From positions 66,542 to 86,670 of the forward strand of contig JAQGDQ010000867.1 in assembly GCA_030141605.1 (NCBI GenBank): a stretch of DNA of 20,129 nt, written 5' to 3'. The position numbers and the translations under genes were made by a program. Position 1 is the stretch's first letter. Each line of letters starts with the position of its first letter. The DNA is from Tubiluchus corallicola (Eukaryota > Animalia > Priapulida). Positions 19,886-20,129 of the stretch are shown here, piece by piece. The notes under the pieces were generated by a model. It was not told the DNA's origin. It worked only from the letters and a program-made list of their open reading frames with translations, and made no database searches.

Positions 19886-20129
19886 TGTTATGAGTTGGAA
19901 TTGGTTACACAAAACATGGTGAATAAACGGAGATGCATTTGCGACATTACTTCCTTTTTATTGCCAGTAAACACAAATTAACAAAAATAAAACATCAGGG
20001 CTGTCATCCTGAGCAGCCGATATTACTTCCACCTCAATAACAACTCTCACCAACTAGGTCAAAAGCAAGTACAGAACACAGGTGAGAAGCCAACCTGGCG
20101 CTTAAACTAAAATCGGCAGGCGGGTCATA
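19886..20129 (-). repeat. 5' LTR (cut by the window edge)
   Basis: Copy of 15914-16155. Confidence 0.96.

Larger units (their letters stand above)
15914..20129 (-). mobile_element. Gmr1-like Ty3/Gypsy LTR retrotransposon, internally deleted (no RT), non-autonomous
   Basis: Paired LTRs, PBS and PPT are present. Order is Gag-PR-IN followed by an RNase H tail, i.e. PR-IN-(RT)-RH. The 5' LTR runs off the window about 3 nt short of its end. Confidence 0.95.

Overview
AT-rich eukaryotic (invertebrate-like) genomic DNA, not prokaryotic. (1) A complete five-exon SLC16/MCT-family monocarboxylate-type transporter gene lies on + (CDS 1498-1705, 3493-3636, 5165-5899, 7110-7316, 9472-9707; 1530 nt, 509 aa; all introns GT-AG, phase 1). 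It has a 31-bp minisatellite just upstream and a near-perfect, in-frame 3x165-bp triplication of the exon-2/intron-2 boundary. (2) A convergent, apparently decayed multi-exon gene on - has a pentraxin-like exon and a Gly/Asn/Ser-rich last exon. (3) An internally deleted Gmr1-type Gypsy LTR retrotransposon on - (15914 to window end) has both LTRs, a tRNA-Pro PBS, a PPT and an uninterrupted 820-aa Gag-PR-partial-integrase ORF, but no RT. (4) Introns hold nested TE debris: three LINE remnants, two piggyBac-type MITEs and solo-LTR candidates. I do not see a convincingly new biological system. The best leads are the in-frame splice-donor triplication, the RT-less Gag-PR-retaining element and the pentraxin/low-complexity gene.
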